NCBI GenBank assembly: GCA_946413985.1
Contig: CAMKMS010000002.1
Location: 42,094-106,093, forward strand
Source: an uncultured Mycoplasmatota bacterium
GTDB lineage: Bacteria > Bacillota_I > Bacilli_A > RF39 > UBA660
DNA length: 64,000 nucleotides
Direction of reading: 5' to 3'
Shown here: in pieces, positions 19,594 through 30,090 of the stretch
Numbering within the stretch: the stretch's first letter is position 1
How the letters are laid out: each line of letters begins with the position of its first letter
Position numbers and translations under genes: made by a program
Notes under the pieces: model-generated
Told to the model about the DNA's origin: nothing
The model's input: only the letters and a program-made list of their open reading frames with translations
Databases searched by the model: none

Positions 19594-21822
19594 ATGAAAA
19601 AAATAATAAAACCATTAATTATACTATTAATATTATTAGTAGGAGGATTATTTTTAATTAAACCAATTATTAATAATATTTCATATGGAATTGATTTACA
19701 AGGAGGATTTGAAATATTATATAATGTTGAACCACTTGAAAAAGATAAAAGTCTTACAAGCGAAGACTTATCAAAAACATATAATGCTATTGTAAAAAGA
19801 ATAGATACTTTAGGTGTAAGTGAACCTGTTATTACTATTGAAGGTGATAATTTAATTAGAGTTCAATTACCTGGAGTATCAAATGAAGATGAAGCAAGAA
19901 GTAGAATTAGTACCACTGCAGTTTTATCTTTTAGAGATACAGAAGATAATTTATTACTAACTAGTGAAGTATTAGGTCGTGGAGGAGCATCTTTAAGTCA
20001 AAATGATAAAACTCTTGCATATCAAGTAAAATTAGATATTAAAGATATTGAAAAGTTTTATAATGTTACAAACAATTTAAGTAAACGTACAAGTGGAAAA
20101 AATATGATGGTTGTTTGGTTGGATTTTGATGAAGCAACAGATAGTTATGAAGGCCAAAACGGGACATGTGGAAGTAAAGGTAATTTAAAATGTATTTCTG
20201 CTGCTTATGTTAATAAAGGTTTGAATAGTAATAATGTTGTCATTGAAGGTAGTTTTACTGAAGAAGAAGCAAAAACATTAGTTGATTTAATAAATAGTGG
20301 ATCTCTTCCAACTAAATTAACAGAGGAATCTACTCCTAAAAGTGTAAGTCCATCATTTGGAGAAGAAACTATTACTAAAACAGGAATCGCAGGATTAATT
20401 ACACTTGCTATTATTTGTTTAATATTAATTTTCAATTACAAATTTAGTGGAATTGTTGGTAGTATTTGTTTATTTGCTTATGTTGTTTTAGTATTTGGAA
20501 TATTTAATATGGTAGGAGGAGTTCTTACTTTAACAGGAATAGCAGCATTAATACTAGGTATTGGTATGGCTGTTGATTCAATTATTATTTCAAATGAACG
20601 TGTTAAAGATGAATTAAATAAGAATTCTAAATTAAATGTTTCATTTAAAGAAGCTAATAAAAATAGTTTAAAATCTATAGTAGATTCAAATATTACAACA
20701 CTTATAGCAGGAATTGTATTATATGTATTTGGTGAATCTAGTGTTAAAGGTTTTGCAACTATGTTAATTATTACAATTTTTGTTACTGCTATTACAACAG
20801 TTATATTGTATAGAATTATTCTTTCTATGACAGTTAAAAGTGGAGTATTTAAAGATAAAACTAATTTATTTGTTGGAAAATTTGTTAATAAGAAAGAAAG
20901 AAATTATGTAAATATAGCGAAATATCCTATGATTGCATCTTTAATAATTATTGCTTTGGGTGTTGGATTTATTATATTTAGAGGATTTAATTTTGGAGTA
21001 GATTTTACAGGTGGAACAAATATTGTATTATCAAGTAAAGATGGTTTTAATTTTGATGATGTTAAAAAAGTAGTATCTAACTATGAAATAGGAGATTATG
21101 ATTATTACTTAGGAAATAAAAAAGAAGGCTATATAAAACTAAATACTATTCTAAATGAGGAAGAAGAAGTAAAAATAAAGAAAGATTTTGAAAAATTAAA
21201 TATTTCAGTTTCAGTAAGTGAAATTAGTAATTTAGTTACTAAAACTTTAACAAAGAATGCAATTAAAGCACTATTATATTCACTTGTTGCAATAATAATT
21301 TATATAACAATTCGATTTAACTTTAATTATGCAATTACTGGCATATTAATGCTTCTTCATGATGTATTAATTATTTTAAGTATATTTGCAGTTCTTCATA
21401 TTAAAGTTGACTTTATAATTGTTGCTGCATTATTAACTATAATTGGTTATTCAATAAATGATACAATAGTCGTATTTGATAGAATTAGAGAGAATAGAAG
21501 TAAACTATACAGAAATAAAAAAGTACTTACTGTTGAAGAATTAAGATCTTTAGTTAATACTTCTTCAGTTCAAACAATTAATAGAAATATTTGGACTAGT
21601 ATTACTACAATAGTATCTGTTTTAACATTAATACTTATTGGTTTAAGTGATATATTTACATTTAATATTGCAGTTTTAATAGGTTTGATAGCTGGTACAA
21701 TTTCTTCATTATTAATTGGTCCAAGAATATGGATTTCACTTGAAAGAAGAAGTATGTTAAAACCTGATGATGATGACGATGATGAAGTACATGAGTTAAA
21801 AATTAAAGGAATTAATGATTAA
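19594..21822 (+). CDS. secDF: protein translocase subunit SecDF (fused)
   Basis: The protein is 742 aa with 12 TM segments and two periplasmic-type loops. Confidence 0.9.
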   Translation: MKKIIKPLIILLILLVGGLFLIKPIINNISYGIDLQGGFEILYNVEPLEKDKSLTSEDLSKTYNAIVKRIDTLGVSEPVITIEGDNLIRVQLPGVSNEDEARSRISTTAVLSFRDTEDNLLLTSEVLGRGGASLSQNDKTLAYQVKLDIKDIEKFYNVTNNLSKRTSGKNMMVVWLDFDEATDSYEGQNGTCGSKGNLKCISAAYVNKGLNSNNVVIEGSFTEEEAKTLVDLINSGSLPTKLTEESTPKSVSPSFGEETITKTGIAGLITLAIICLILIFNYKFSGIVGSICLFAYVVLVFGIFNMVGGVLTLTGIAALILGIGMAVDSIIISNERVKDELNKNSKLNVSFKEANKNSLKSIVDSNITTLIAGIVLYVFGESSVKGFATMLIITIFVTAITTVILYRIILSMTVKSGVFKDKTNLFVGKFVNKKERNYVNIAKYPMIASLIIIALGVGFIIFRGFNFGVDFTGGTNIVLSSKDGFNFDDVKKVVSNYEIGDYDYYLGNKKEGYIKLNTILNEEEEVKIKKDFEKLNISVSVSEISNLVTKTLTKNAIKALLYSLVAIIIYITIRFNFNYAITGILMLLHDVLIILSIFAVLHIKVDFIIVAALLTIIGYSINDTIVVFDRIRENRSKLYRNKKVLTVEELRSLVNTSSVQTINRNIWTSITTIVSVLTLILIGLSDIFTFNIAVLIGLIAGTISSLLIGPRIWISLERRSMLKPDDDDDDEVHELKIKGIND

Positions 21823-21828
21823 AAGGAT

Positions 21829-23958
21829 GTGATAATTATAAAAGATTATACTTATCAAGAATTAATGGATGTATTAAAGTCATACATGGCTGATGAATAT
21901 ATCGAATTTATTAATGGCTATTATGAAAGAGCAACAACTATATATGCTGGTATGAAAAGAGAAACAGGAGTGGAGTATATATTACATCCAATAAATGTTG
22001 CTTATATACTAGCAACTCTTAAAATGGATCCATTAACTATTGGGTGTGCTTTAATTCATGAAGCTATTTCTTTAAAGAAAATGACTTATGAAGAAATTGA
22101 AAATGAATTTGGAACAGAAAGCGCTAATATAGTGAGTGCAGTTACTAAGATAAGCAATTTAAGACAAACTTTTAAAATAAATAATCCTGAAAAATATAGG
22201 AGAATTATAGTTGGACTATGTGATAATCCGGCAACTTTATTTATAAAATTTGCTGATAGACTTCATAATTTAAGAACGCTTAAAGTTCATGATGAAAATC
22301 ATCAGAAATATATAATAGATGAAACACAAAATATTTATATTCCAATGGCACATAGACTTGGAATGAAAAGAATAAAAAGTGAAATGGAAGATTTGTGTTT
22401 GCAATATTCTGATCCAGTTGAATATAATAAAATCTTAGATAGAATAAATGCATCTAAAGCAGAGCTTGAAAAAGCTTTATCAAAAATGAAATTTGAGATT
22501 ATGCAAATACTTGATTTACATAATATAAAATACGAAATATTATCTCGTGTTAAATCAGTTAGAGGTATATATAATAAACTAAAAGCTGGAAAAAAATGGG
22601 ATGATATTTATGATTTACTTGGTATTAGAGTTCTTGTAGATAATATAGAGGATTGTTATAGAGTAATTGGTCTTGTACAATCAAAATATCAACCTATACC
22701 TAATAGATTTAAAGATTATATAGCTAATCCAAAACCAAATATGTATCAAAGTTTACATACTACAATATTTGGTGAAGAAAAGAAAATTTATGAATTGCAA
22801 GTAAGAACTTATGAAATGGATGAGATTGCTGAAAAAGGAATTGCATCTCACTGGAGTTATAAAGAACAAATTGATGGTAGTGTTAAAAATAATTTAGATA
22901 AACTACTTGAACAATTTAGAGTGCTTGTAGAAGTAAATGATATAGAGAAGAATATGAATTTCTTTGTAAATATCAAAGATGAGCTTAAAAAAAGTGAAAT
23001 ATATGTTTATACTCCAAAAGGAGATATTATTGAGTTACCTCAAGGGGCTACTCCAATAGATTTTGCATATAAAATTCATAGTGAAGTTGGTAATACAACA
23101 ACTGGTGCATTAGTAAATTCTAAAATGGTTAAACTTGATTATGAACTATCTGATGGTGATTTAGTAGAATTAATTACTCAAAAAGGACATGCCCCTTCAC
23201 GTGGATGGTTAAAAATAGTTAAAACTGAAGGAGCAAGGTCTAGAATAAAATCCTATTTCTATAAAGCAGAAAGACAAAAATATTTAGATCTTGGTCATGA
23301 AATGTTAGTAGCTGAATGTAAAAAAAGAAATATGGAATTTAGTGAAGTATTTACAGATGAAAATGTTGATATTATTTGTAAAAGCCTTAATTTAGATTCA
23401 CTTGATGATATTTATTTTTCAGTTTCTACTTTAAGACATTTACCTTCAACGATTTTATCTAAATTAGAAATACAAGAGCCAAAGAAAAAACAAGTTATTT
23501 TACCTAAAAAAGGAAAATCAAATGGAAATGGTATTATAATTGCTGGATCTAGTGATATTTTATCCACATTAGCAACATGTTGTAATCCTGTTTATGGAGA
23601 GGAAATAGTGGGTTATATTACTCGTGGATATGGTGTAAAAATACATGCTAAGAATTGTCCAAATATTGATCTTTCTAGTGAAAGAATTATAGAAGCTAAA
23701 TGGGAAGATAATAATGAAAATAAGTATACTGCAAAACTTAAAATATATATTAATGATATTTCAAATATTTTAATGGATATAGTATCAATTGCTACTAAAA
23801 ATGAGGTAAATATTGATTCAATTAATTTAATAAATAGAAATAAAGAATTATTTTATGATACTACTCTTAAAGTAAAAGATATTAATTCATTACATAAATT
23901 TATAGATGATATTAAACTTTTAAATAGTGTATCAAATGTTGAAAGGATTATAATTTAA
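21829..23958 (+). CDS. relA: bifunctional (p)ppGpp synthetase/hydrolase RelA/SpoT
   Basis: It has a GTG start and contains HD, synthetase, TGS and ACT regions. Confidence 0.9.
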   Translation: MIIIKDYTYQELMDVLKSYMADEYIEFINGYYERATTIYAGMKRETGVEYILHPINVAYILATLKMDPLTIGCALIHEAISLKKMTYEEIENEFGTESANIVSAVTKISNLRQTFKINNPEKYRRIIVGLCDNPATLFIKFADRLHNLRTLKVHDENHQKYIIDETQNIYIPMAHRLGMKRIKSEMEDLCLQYSDPVEYNKILDRINASKAELEKALSKMKFEIMQILDLHNIKYEILSRVKSVRGIYNKLKAGKKWDDIYDLLGIRVLVDNIEDCYRVIGLVQSKYQPIPNRFKDYIANPKPNMYQSLHTTIFGEEKKIYELQVRTYEMDEIAEKGIASHWSYKEQIDGSVKNNLDKLLEQFRVLVEVNDIEKNMNFFVNIKDELKKSEIYVYTPKGDIIELPQGATPIDFAYKIHSEVGNTTTGALVNSKMVKLDYELSDGDLVELITQKGHAPSRGWLKIVKTEGARSRIKSYFYKAERQKYLDLGHEMLVAECKKRNMEFSEVFTDENVDIICKSLNLDSLDDIYFSVSTLRHLPSTILSKLEIQEPKKKQVILPKKGKSNGNGIIIAGSSDILSTLATCCNPVYGEEIVGYITRGYGVKIHAKNCPNIDLSSERIIEAKWEDNNENKYTAKLKIYINDISNILMDIVSIATKNEVNIDSINLINRNKELFYDTTLKVKDINSLHKFIDDIKLLNSVSNVERIII

Positions 23959-24404
23959 TGAGAATACTTATTCAAAGAAGTGGAAATAGTAAAGTAACAA
24001 TTGATGGCAAAGTAAATGGTAAAATAGATAAAGGATATGTGTTATTTGTTGGATTTACTGAAACAGATAATGAGAAAATAGTTGATAAGATGATTTCTAA
24101 AACAATTAATCTAAGAATATTTGAAGATGAAAATGGCAAAATGAATAAAAGTATTCTAGATATTGGTGGTAGTATTCTTAGTATTTCGCAATTTACTTTA
24201 TATGCAAATTGTAAAGAAGGAAGACGTCCTTCATTTGTAAGTGCTATGGCTCCAAATGAAGCAACAAAACTATATGATTATTTTAATCAAGAATTAAAAA
24301 AAATCATACATACTGAAACAGGAATATTTGGAGCAGATATGAAAGTAGAAATATATAATGATGGGCCAGCAACAATTCTTTTAGATAGTAATGATATTTG
24401 TTAA
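23958..24404 (+). CDS. dtd: D-aminoacyl-tRNA deacylase
   Basis: It is 148 aa with an SQFTL motif. The relA-dtd arrangement is conserved. Confidence 0.85.
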   Translation: MRILIQRSGNSKVTIDGKVNGKIDKGYVLFVGFTETDNEKIVDKMISKTINLRIFEDENGKMNKSILDIGGSILSISQFTLYANCKEGRRPSFVSAMAPNEATKLYDYFNQELKKIIHTETGIFGADMKVEIYNDGPATILLDSNDIC

Positions 24405-24405
24405 T

Positions 24406-24431
24406 AAAAAGAGGTATAAACCTCTTTTTTT
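24406..24431 (+). terminator. intrinsic terminator after dtd
   Basis: The hairpin aagagg-tataaa-cctctt is followed by T7. Confidence 0.55.
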
Positions 24432-24499
24432 AATAATTATTTAAATATAAAATTGAATTTTTCTTTAAAAAAAATATTAATTGTAATATAATAATTGCT

Positions 24500-27028
24500 A
24501 TGGAAAGAAAAGATGTAAAACTTGAGAGTGTTAGTCCTATGATGAGGGAATATCTCAAAACTAAGGCTGATTATGAAAACGTTATACTTTTTTATAGATT
24601 GGGAGACTTCTATGAAATGTTTTTTGATGATGCAATAACAGCATCACATGAACTAGAACTTACTTTAACTGGTAAAAATGCTGGACTTGAAGAAAGAGTT
24701 CCAATGTGTGGTGTTCCACATCATGCCGTAAATGTATATCTAGAAAAACTTATAGAAAAAGGATATAAAGTAGCAATATGTGAACAAATGGAAGATCCAA
24801 AATATGCAAAAGGTATTGTTAAAAGAGAAGTAATTCAAGTAGTTAGTGCTGGAACTATTACTAATACTGAAATGGTTAATGAAAAAGATTTTAATTTTAT
24901 TGCTAGTATTAGTGATTTATCTTATACATATATTTTATCTTATGCAGATTTATTAAGTGGAAAAGTTTATGCAACATATATTAGTCATGAGGAAGATAAA
25001 TTAATAAGCCATATAGTTAATTTGAATATAAAAGAAGTTGTACTAAGAGATAATTTTGATGTTAGTATTATTCATAAATTAAAAACAAATTATAATATAT
25101 TGATATCATATTACAATGATGATAAAAATTATAAATATAATATATTTGATGGAATAGAGGATGAAAGAATTATTAAAAACACATCATTAGTTTTAAACTA
25201 TTTAGCATCTTCTTTAAAACAGAATTTAAGTCACTTACAACATATAGAAATAGTTGATAATAAATTATTCTTAGAATTAAATAAAGAATGTATTAAGAAT
25301 TTAGAACTTGTTGAAACTATAAGAAATAAAATGCGTCAAAATAGTTTACTTGGATTTATGGATAAAACTAAAACTGCTATGGGAAGTAGATTACTTAAAA
25401 GTTATATTATTTCTCCAAGTGTTAATAAAGAAGAGATTATTAAAAGACAAGATTTAGTAAGTAAATTAGTTGATAAATTTTTAATTAAAAGTGAACTTCA
25501 AGAATTTTTATATCAAATATATGATTTAGAAAGATTAACTGGTAAAGTGGCTTGTTCTTCTTTAAATCCAAGAGATATGATTCAATTAAAAACTAGTTTA
25601 AAAGTACTACCAGATATTAATAATTTAATTAGTGAGCTTTCATTAGAACCTTTAGAAACATTTGATGATTTATATGAATTATTAGAAAAATCAATTATAG
25701 AAGAAGCGCCTATTTCTATAAAAGAAGGCGGAATAATAAAACCTTTATTTAATAGTGAAATAGATGAGTTAAGAAGTATTAAAACTAATGGTAAAGATTT
25801 TATTTCTAAATTTGAAAGTGAAGAAAAAGAAAGAACCGGTATTAAAGGATTAAAAGTAGGATACAATAAAGTATTTGGTTATTATATTGAAATACCAAAA
25901 GGACAAGTTTCTCTTGTAAAAGAAGAATATGGATATGATAGAAAACAAACGTTAACTAATGCAGAAAGATATATTAATCCTTTATTAAAAGAAAAAGAAA
26001 ATCTAATATTGAATGCTGAAGATAAATTAAATACTTTAGAATATGACGTATTTAATCAAATAAAAGAAGAAATAAAAAAATATACTTCTTCGCTTCAAAA
26101 AGTATCAAGTTATATTGCATATTTAGATGTTATTTGTGATTTTGCAACTATTGCAGAAGAACATAATTTTGTAAGACCAACTATTAATGAAAATCATGTT
26201 ATTGAAATAATAGGTGGAAGACATCCAGTAGTTGAAAGTGTAATTGATAAAGAATATATTGATAATGATGTAATATTGGATGAAAATACAAATATTTTAA
26301 TAATAACTGGTCCTAATATGAGTGGTAAAAGTACTTATATGAGACAACTTGGAATTATTGCAATTTTAAATCAAATGGGTTCTTATGTACCAGCCAAAAA
26401 ATGTAATCTACCAATTTTTGATAAGATTTTTACAAGAATTGGTGCTAGCGATGATTTGGTTGGTGGAGAAAGTACATTTATGGTTGAAATGAAAGAAAGT
26501 GCCAATGCTCTTAAGAATGCCACTCAAAATAGTTTGATATTATTTGATGAATTAGGCCGAGGTACTAGTACATATGATGGAATGAGTTTGGCTGGATCAA
26601 TAATAAAATATATTTCAAAAAATATAAAATGTAAGACTTTGTTTTCAACTCATTATCATGAACTTACAGATATGGAATATAAATTAGATAATGTTAAAAA
26701 TGTACATGTTACAATTAGTGAAGAAGGGGAAGATATAACTTTCTTGCATAAAGTATTAGATGGTGCTGTTGATAAGAGTTATGGTATTAATGTTGCAAAA
26801 CTAGCAGGCCTTCCAAATAGTGTAATAGAAGAAGCAAATGAGCTATTAAATGTTTATGAAAGTAAAGAATCACGCCAAGGTAAAAAAGTAAAACAATTAT
26901 CTTTAGATTTTGATAGTGAAAACAAAGATGAATTAAGAGATTATATTAAAGAAATAAATCCTTATGAAGTAACACCAATTGAAGCAATTAATATTTTAGA
27001 TAAAATTAAAAAGCTATCTGATAAGTAG
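24500..27028 (+). CDS. mutS: DNA mismatch repair protein MutS
   Basis: The Walker A motif is GPNMSGKST, the N-terminal mismatch-recognition motif is GDFYE, and the length is 842 aa. Confidence 0.9.
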   Translation: MERKDVKLESVSPMMREYLKTKADYENVILFYRLGDFYEMFFDDAITASHELELTLTGKNAGLEERVPMCGVPHHAVNVYLEKLIEKGYKVAICEQMEDPKYAKGIVKREVIQVVSAGTITNTEMVNEKDFNFIASISDLSYTYILSYADLLSGKVYATYISHEEDKLISHIVNLNIKEVVLRDNFDVSIIHKLKTNYNILISYYNDDKNYKYNIFDGIEDERIIKNTSLVLNYLASSLKQNLSHLQHIEIVDNKLFLELNKECIKNLELVETIRNKMRQNSLLGFMDKTKTAMGSRLLKSYIISPSVNKEEIIKRQDLVSKLVDKFLIKSELQEFLYQIYDLERLTGKVACSSLNPRDMIQLKTSLKVLPDINNLISELSLEPLETFDDLYELLEKSIIEEAPISIKEGGIIKPLFNSEIDELRSIKTNGKDFISKFESEEKERTGIKGLKVGYNKVFGYYIEIPKGQVSLVKEEYGYDRKQTLTNAERYINPLLKEKENLILNAEDKLNTLEYDVFNQIKEEIKKYTSSLQKVSSYIAYLDVICDFATIAEEHNFVRPTINENHVIEIIGGRHPVVESVIDKEYIDNDVILDENTNILIITGPNMSGKSTYMRQLGIIAILNQMGSYVPAKKCNLPIFDKIFTRIGASDDLVGGESTFMVEMKESANALKNATQNSLILFDELGRGTSTYDGMSLAGSIIKYISKNIKCKTLFSTHYHELTDMEYKLDNVKNVHVTISEEGEDITFLHKVLDGAVDKSYGINVAKLAGLPNSVIEEANELLNVYESKESRQGKKVKQLSLDFDSENKDELRDYIKEINPYEVTPIEAINILDKIKKLSDK

Positions 27029-27041
27029 GGGGGGGAAAATT

Positions 27042-27683
27042 ATGGAAGATGAAGATAAAATAATTGATGAAGAAGAACTTGAAGATGAAGAAATTGATTT
27101 TGATGAATTAAATCATTTATTGGCAAGTACTTTTGGTGAATCATATTCAGTTGAAAGCGCTATTGAAATATCAAAACAAGAAAAATCTCAAATAAAAGAA
27201 AGTTTTAAAATTACTAATAGTAATTGCAATAAAACATATATACTTGGAAATATGACATTATTAAAATTAAAACTTATGGAATTTGAAGCATATTTCGCTA
27301 AGTTGGTTTCTATTGTTTTTCAAAATGGACAATTAGAAATAGCTGATGATTTAATAAAAAAAATAAAATATACACAAGAAGAGTATAAAAAACTAAATAA
27401 ACGACTACTTAATATTAAATTATCTCTTCTTAAATTAAAAAAATATAATTCACCACTTTGTAATTCTGAAATTAATTATTTGATTAAATGTATATATGAT
27501 AAAGGGTTTATATTACTTGATATATTAGATAATTATATACAAATGTGTAGACTTTCTACTAAAGGAATTAACTTTTTAGGAACAAATAAAAGCCAAGAGT
27601 CTTTAGAAGATATAAATCAAAAAATAGATGAATCTATAAAAACTCTTGGGTTATCTATTAAAACGTATGGTGATAAACAATAG
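27042..27683 (+). CDS. hypothetical protein with an acidic N-terminus
   Basis: A 213-aa ORF begins 6 nt after a G8 tract. Confidence 0.4.
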   Translation: MEDEDKIIDEEELEDEEIDFDELNHLLASTFGESYSVESAIEISKQEKSQIKESFKITNSNCNKTYILGNMTLLKLKLMEFEAYFAKLVSIVFQNGQLEIADDLIKKIKYTQEEYKKLNKRLLNIKLSLLKLKKYNSPLCNSEINYLIKCIYDKGFILLDILDNYIQMCRLSTKGINFLGTNKSQESLEDINQKIDESIKTLGLSIKTYGDKQ

Positions 27684-27803
27684 AGTTTGTAGTTTATATA
27701 GTTAATAATCAATAATAATTTTAAAATAGAAGTCAAAATGAATGAATAAAAATAAAAAGAAGAGCATTTATCACCAAACGCACTTCAAAAATACAATAAA
27801 TAA

Positions 27804-27846
27804 AAAAGTAAGTCAAACGAGTATTTTTTAATTTTGACTTACTTTT
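27804..27846. terminator. bidirectional intrinsic terminator between convergent genes
   Basis: A perfect 14-bp stem (aaaagtaagtcaaa/tttgacttactttt) with a 15-nt loop is flanked by A and T runs. Confidence 0.6.
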
Positions 27847-27900
27847 TATATTGAATTATTTAATAATTAATTATAGAAAAATATATAATACTTTATATTA

Positions 27901-28839
27901 TTAACTATTTAATATTTTTTCAGTATTTTTGAAATTAATTTTAGTTATTTTATATAATTCTTCTTTTCCATATTTTTTAACTATTTGTTTTCCTATTTCA
28001 TCAACTTTATCATTTGCACCTTTTAAGATTGTAACACCATATTTTTCTGATAATTTGTCCATTTCTTGTAAAAATAGATATCTACTTATAACACTAGCTG
28101 CTGCAACGCTTAAATGTTTACTTTCACCTTTAGTTAAAAATGTAATCTTTGTTACTTTTTCTGTTATTCCTTCTTGTTTTAGATAACTAAAATAACTTCT
28201 TGGACTAGTAAACTGATCAACTATTATTTTATGATAAGCAAATCCTTTATTAGAAAGTTCATATAAAACTTTATTATGTAGGATTGCTTTTATTTTATTC
28301 ATATTAAATCCTTTTTTGGTTAATTCATTAAATTTTGAGTTTGATAAAGTAAATGTAACGTATGGTAATTTTTTCATAAGTATTGGAGCATCTCTTCTAA
28401 TTTTATCGTCAGTCATTTTTTTAGAATCCATTATTTTTAAATCTTCAAGTAATTTTCTTGTTTCTTTTGTTACAAGAGTGGCACTAACTATAATAGGGCC
28501 AAAATAATCACCTGTACCAACTTCATCACTACCAATAGCATCATAGTAATAATATGTTTTATCATTTAATTTTTCATCTTTTTCTTCTATTTCTTTATCA
28601 ATATTTCTATCATTAAAGTGACTTTCTAAATCTTTCCACATATTTGCTTCAATATCAGCACCGATTCCTTGAAACATTACCTTTCCACTTTCATATAATG
28701 TAGTGACACAATCATAATCTTTTACTTGAAAAACACTATATGGTGGTTTACCTGTTACCATATCTTTATAGTAATCAATCATTTTTTCTTTGATATTATC
28801 ACTTACTTTAAATACAATGGTTTTTTGTTTGTTATCCAT
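27901..28839 (-). CDS. rnhC: ribonuclease HIII
   Basis: It is 312 aa with an N-terminal RNase HIII-specific domain plus an RNase HII-like catalytic core (the DEVG motif). Confidence 0.8.
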   Translation of the reverse strand: MDNKQKTIVFKVSDNIKEKMIDYYKDMVTGKPPYSVFQVKDYDCVTTLYESGKVMFQGIGADIEANMWKDLESHFNDRNIDKEIEEKDEKLNDKTYYYYDAIGSDEVGTGDYFGPIIVSATLVTKETRKLLEDLKIMDSKKMTDDKIRRDAPILMKKLPYVTFTLSNSKFNELTKKGFNMNKIKAILHNKVLYELSNKGFAYHKIIVDQFTSPRSYFSYLKQEGITEKVTKITFLTKGESKHLSVAAASVISRYLFLQEMDKLSEKYGVTILKGANDKVDEIGKQIVKKYGKEELYKITKINFKNTEKILNS

Positions 28840-28937
28840 AACTTTATCACCAAATATATTTTAGCATAATAAATAAATATAATCTATTAAAAATAACTAG
28901 TATTTGATATAATATGTATAATGAAAGGATAATAATT

Positions 28938-29228
28938 ATGAAAAAAGTATTGGGCTTTGTTTTCTCTTTAATATTTGTTTATGCAGCTTTTGTATGTATA
29001 GAATGTTTTAGAATTAAAAGTGCTTCTAATATTTGTAAACCAGCTTTAGTTTCATTATCACAAAGTAGTGATGAAGAAGTTTCTTACTTTGGCTATGGAT
29101 ATAAAGTTGTTTATAAAGTTGAAAGAACAATGAAATCATCTGATTTAGAACTTGTAAGTGTAAAAGAAGGATCATTTATTCTATTTGACAGATTTACATT
29201 ATGGACTAAGAAATATGATAATGAATAA
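28938..29228 (+). CDS. small membrane-anchored hypothetical protein
   Basis: It has an RBS (aaagga), begins with MKKVLG, and carries one TM segment. Confidence 0.4.
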   Translation: MKKVLGFVFSLIFVYAAFVCIECFRIKSASNICKPALVSLSQSSDEEVSYFGYGYKVVYKVERTMKSSDLELVSVKEGSFILFDRFTLWTKKYDNE

Positions 29229-29344
29229 TTGTTTTAATTGATATTTACTTTTAAATTTTGTACAATTAATTTAGAGGTAATATTAATGTTAATTATAGAA
29301 AATTTAACATGTTTTACCCATGTTATTTTTTTTAGGAGGGTATT

Positions 29345-30079
29345 ATGAAAAGAGCTAAAATCCTTGTTATTGAAGGAACTGATGGAAGTGGAAAAGAAAC
29401 ACAAAGTAAGAAATTATTAGAATATTTAAAAAATAAAAAAGTAAAAGTAAAGAGTTATTCATTCCCAATATATAATACTCCTACTGGAAAAATAGTTGGT
29501 GGTCCTTATCTTGGTAAAAGTGAAATAAGTGAATCATTCTTTCCTGAAACTAGTGCTAATGTAGATCCTTTGGTAAGTAGTTTATATTATGCTGCTGATA
29601 GAAGATATAATTTTCTTAGTGAAATAGAAAGTGAAATATATAAAAATGATATTATTATTTTAGATAGATACGTTACTTCTAATATGGGACATCAAGCATG
29701 TAAAGCTAAAACAAAAAAAGATAGAGATAAAATATTAAAGTTTATTGAAGAATTAGAGTTCAATTTATGTGAATTACCTAGACCTGATAAAGTAATATTT
29801 TTACATATGCCTTTTGAAGCAGCAAAAGAATTAAGAAAGAGTAGAACTTCTACAGATGGAAATGAAAATAATGAAGAATATTTAAAACATGCTGAAAAGA
29901 ATTATGTTGAAATTGCTAAGTTATATAATTGGCATTATATTAATTGTATTAAATCAAAAAAATATACAAAAATTGAAGATATTAAGTCAATAGATGAAAT
30001 AGGAAAAGAAGTAAGTACTATTGTAGATGAATTATTGAAAGAAACAAGTAGTAAAATTAATAAATTAACTATCTTTTAA
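29345..30079 (+). CDS. tmk: thymidylate kinase-like (P-loop, DRY motif) with a C-terminal extension
   Basis: The P-loop is IEGTDGSGKETQ and the LDRY motif is present. It forms an operon with thyA and folA. Confidence 0.65.
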   Translation: MKRAKILVIEGTDGSGKETQSKKLLEYLKNKKVKVKSYSFPIYNTPTGKIVGGPYLGKSEISESFFPETSANVDPLVSSLYYAADRRYNFLSEIESEIYKNDIIILDRYVTSNMGHQACKAKTKKDRDKILKFIEELEFNLCELPRPDKVIFLHMPFEAAKELRKSRTSTDGNENNEEYLKHAEKNYVEIAKLYNWHYINCIKSKKYTKIEDIKSIDEIGKEVSTIVDELLKETSSKINKLTIF

Positions 30080-30090
30080 GGAGGTTTAAT

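Noticed and set aside
27929-28507. Plus-strand ORFs inside rnhC
   Set aside because: They are antisense shadow ORFs with no RBS.
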